DNA of 64,000 nucleotides, from NCBI GenBank assembly GCA_050273025.1, contig CP158635.1, forward strand, positions 11,470,001-11,534,000, in the 5' to 3' direction. Below the pieces are notes generated by a model. It made no database searches. It worked only from the letters and a program-made list of their open reading frames with translations, and was not told the DNA's origin. The DNA comes from Cenococcum geophilum (taxonomy: Eukaryota). Positions 62,401-64,000 of the stretch are shown one piece after another; position 1 is the first letter of the stretch, and the number at the start of each line of letters is the position of its first letter. The position numbers and the translations under genes were made by a program.

Positions 62401-64000
62401 GTATCCTATTCCTTTAATTAATAAGACCCTTATATATCTAAGCTAGGTAAAGATCTTTACTAAACTTAATATCTACTAAGCTTTTTACTAAATTAGGATA
62501 GACCTTATATCCAAAGATTTAATAACGTTCTATACCCGTTATAGTTCTTATAAATATAAAGTTCTTCCTTTTAGACTAATAAATGGACCAGCTATGTACT
62601 AAAGGTATATAAATAACGTTCTTTTTAATTACCTTAATAAATTCTATATGGTATACCTAGACAATATTCTTATATACTTAGACAATAAACTTAAGTATTA
62701 AGTTTATATTAAGAAGGTTCTAGAGAGACTACAAAACACGGGCTTATAAGTTAATATTAAGAAATGCGAGTTTAGGGTAAAACGTATAAAATACCTTAGG
62801 TTTATTATAACTATAGAAGAAATTAAGGTTAACCCTAAGAAGGTAGAGGCAATCCGTAACTAGGGGCCCCCTTATATAGTAAAAGAAATCTAATTCTTCC
62901 TTAGCTTTTATAACTTCTACTACCGGTTTATCTATAACTATAGAATTATAGCAAAACCTCTTATATAACTAACTAGGAAGGACATACCTTTTATCTTTAA
63001 TAATAGCTATATAGAAGCCTTTAAAGAGATAAAAAATCGGCTTATCTCTTTTTTAATTCTTTATTACTATAACCTAAACCTTAAATTAATGCTAGAAATA
63101 GACGCCTCTAATAGGGTTATAGTGGGAATCCTATTATAGTTATATCTAGACGGCAAATAGTACCCTATAGCTTTCTTCTTAAAAATAATAAACTTAGCTA
63201 AGTATAACTATAAAGTACATAATAAAGAAATACTAGCTATTATTTAATTACTCTCTTAATAATATATAGAGCTTAAAGGTATAAACTTTTAGATTAAGAT
63301 ATATATAGATTATAAAGCCCTAAAGTATTTTATAATTATAAAGTAGCTTACTAAACAGTAAGCCTAGTAGGCTAAAATACTCTTTTAATTCTTTTTTATA
63401 ATTATATATTATTCTAGTAAGTAAAACTCTAAGGCTAATACCCTAACCTAAAGGGAATAAGACGTAAGACCTTAGAATAAGCTAAAGACCTAATATTAAA
63501 CGCGTGCCCTTCTTTATCTAGAATAGCTTAACCCGCGGATCCTTAAGGAGCTAAACTTCTAGTAAAACGAGCTAGCACTAATAGAGGAGTCCTTAGATAA
63601 GCTAATAGGGCTAATTAACCGCCTTTTAACTATAAACCGTATAGCTAATACCTTAAGGGCCCTCCGCAAATAAGCCGTAAAAGGAAACCCTAATTTTAAA
63701 ATAGAGGAAGGATTGCTCCTATACTAGGAGCGGCTTATAGTCCCTAACGTTAATAATTTACGGACTAAACTAATCCGCAAAGCTTATTATTAAGTCTCTA
63801 TAGTATACCTTAGTAAGAATAAGACCCGTAAAATTATTAACTGCCACTACTACTAGCTAAGAATAGTTGCGGATATTAATTAATATATATAGAACTATAA
63901 AGACTGCTAAAGAGCTATAATCCTACAGGATAAGACCCTAAAACTACTTAAGCTACTCCCAATACTAGAGCGCCCTTAGTAGTATATCTTTATAGACTTT
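59479..64000 (+). mobile_element. Gypsy LTR retrotransposon E, 5' part, nested in the RT of D; runs off the window
   Basis: 5' LTR 59479-59688 with inverted termini TGTAACGGC...GCCGTTATA. Plus-strand relic gag with zinc knuckle (~60970), protease (~61220), RT (VYLDNILIY ~62650), RNase H (ETDAS-like ~63100) and the start of integrase. Confidence 0.88.

Larger units (their letters stand above)
37000..64000. other. AT-rich, RIP-mutated (probably heterochromatic) transposon block
   Basis: Marked TpA excess with CpA/TpG depletion by eye. CAA/CAG/TGG codons in conserved RT and integrase motifs are converted to TAA/TAG; almost no long ORFs. Confidence 0.92.

Noticed and set aside
27000..64000. Starship-type giant element carrying the NLR pair
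   Set aside because: No tyrosine-recombinase captain gene or boundary repeats seen in this window.

Overview
Filamentous-ascomycete (Pezizomycotina) genomic DNA with two compartments; the Dothideomycete-like assignment is a guess. (1) About 1-36.3 kb is GC-balanced and holds intron-containing genes: the 3' end of a kinesin-14 (KAR3/KlpA), a probable pseudogene of a secreted GPI-type protein, a DUF1349 protein, a Bin3/Bmc1 methylphosphate-capping methyltransferase, a VelC-like velvet regulator, CTP synthase, a Nudix ADP-ribose pyrophosphatase, a single-pass Ser/Pro-rich membrane protein, squalene epoxidase and an F-box-like protein. It ends with a head-to-head pair: a PNP_UDP nucleosidase effector and a NACHT-WD40 NLR. 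(2) About 37-64 kb is AT-rich and RIP-mutated: an unclassified minisatellite-bearing relic, then a Copia element carrying four nested Gypsy-type LTR retrotransposons, two of them complete with target-site duplications. The main result is that the effector C-terminus (FRGQGVQSSGSGNFSVGNDLNI) and the NLR N-terminus (FTGQGIQNAGNFNVRRDINI) share one short amyloid-type motif. This points to a two-gene amyloid-signalling immune/cell-death module, probably PUASM class, located at the edge of the transposon block. Other highlights: an apparently obligatory U2-type AT-AC intron in CTP synthase, self-priming (tRNA-independent) primer sites in three LTR elements, and a gradient of RIP-like changes across the NLR WD40 repeats. 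All gene models were spliced by eye; no database searches were run.
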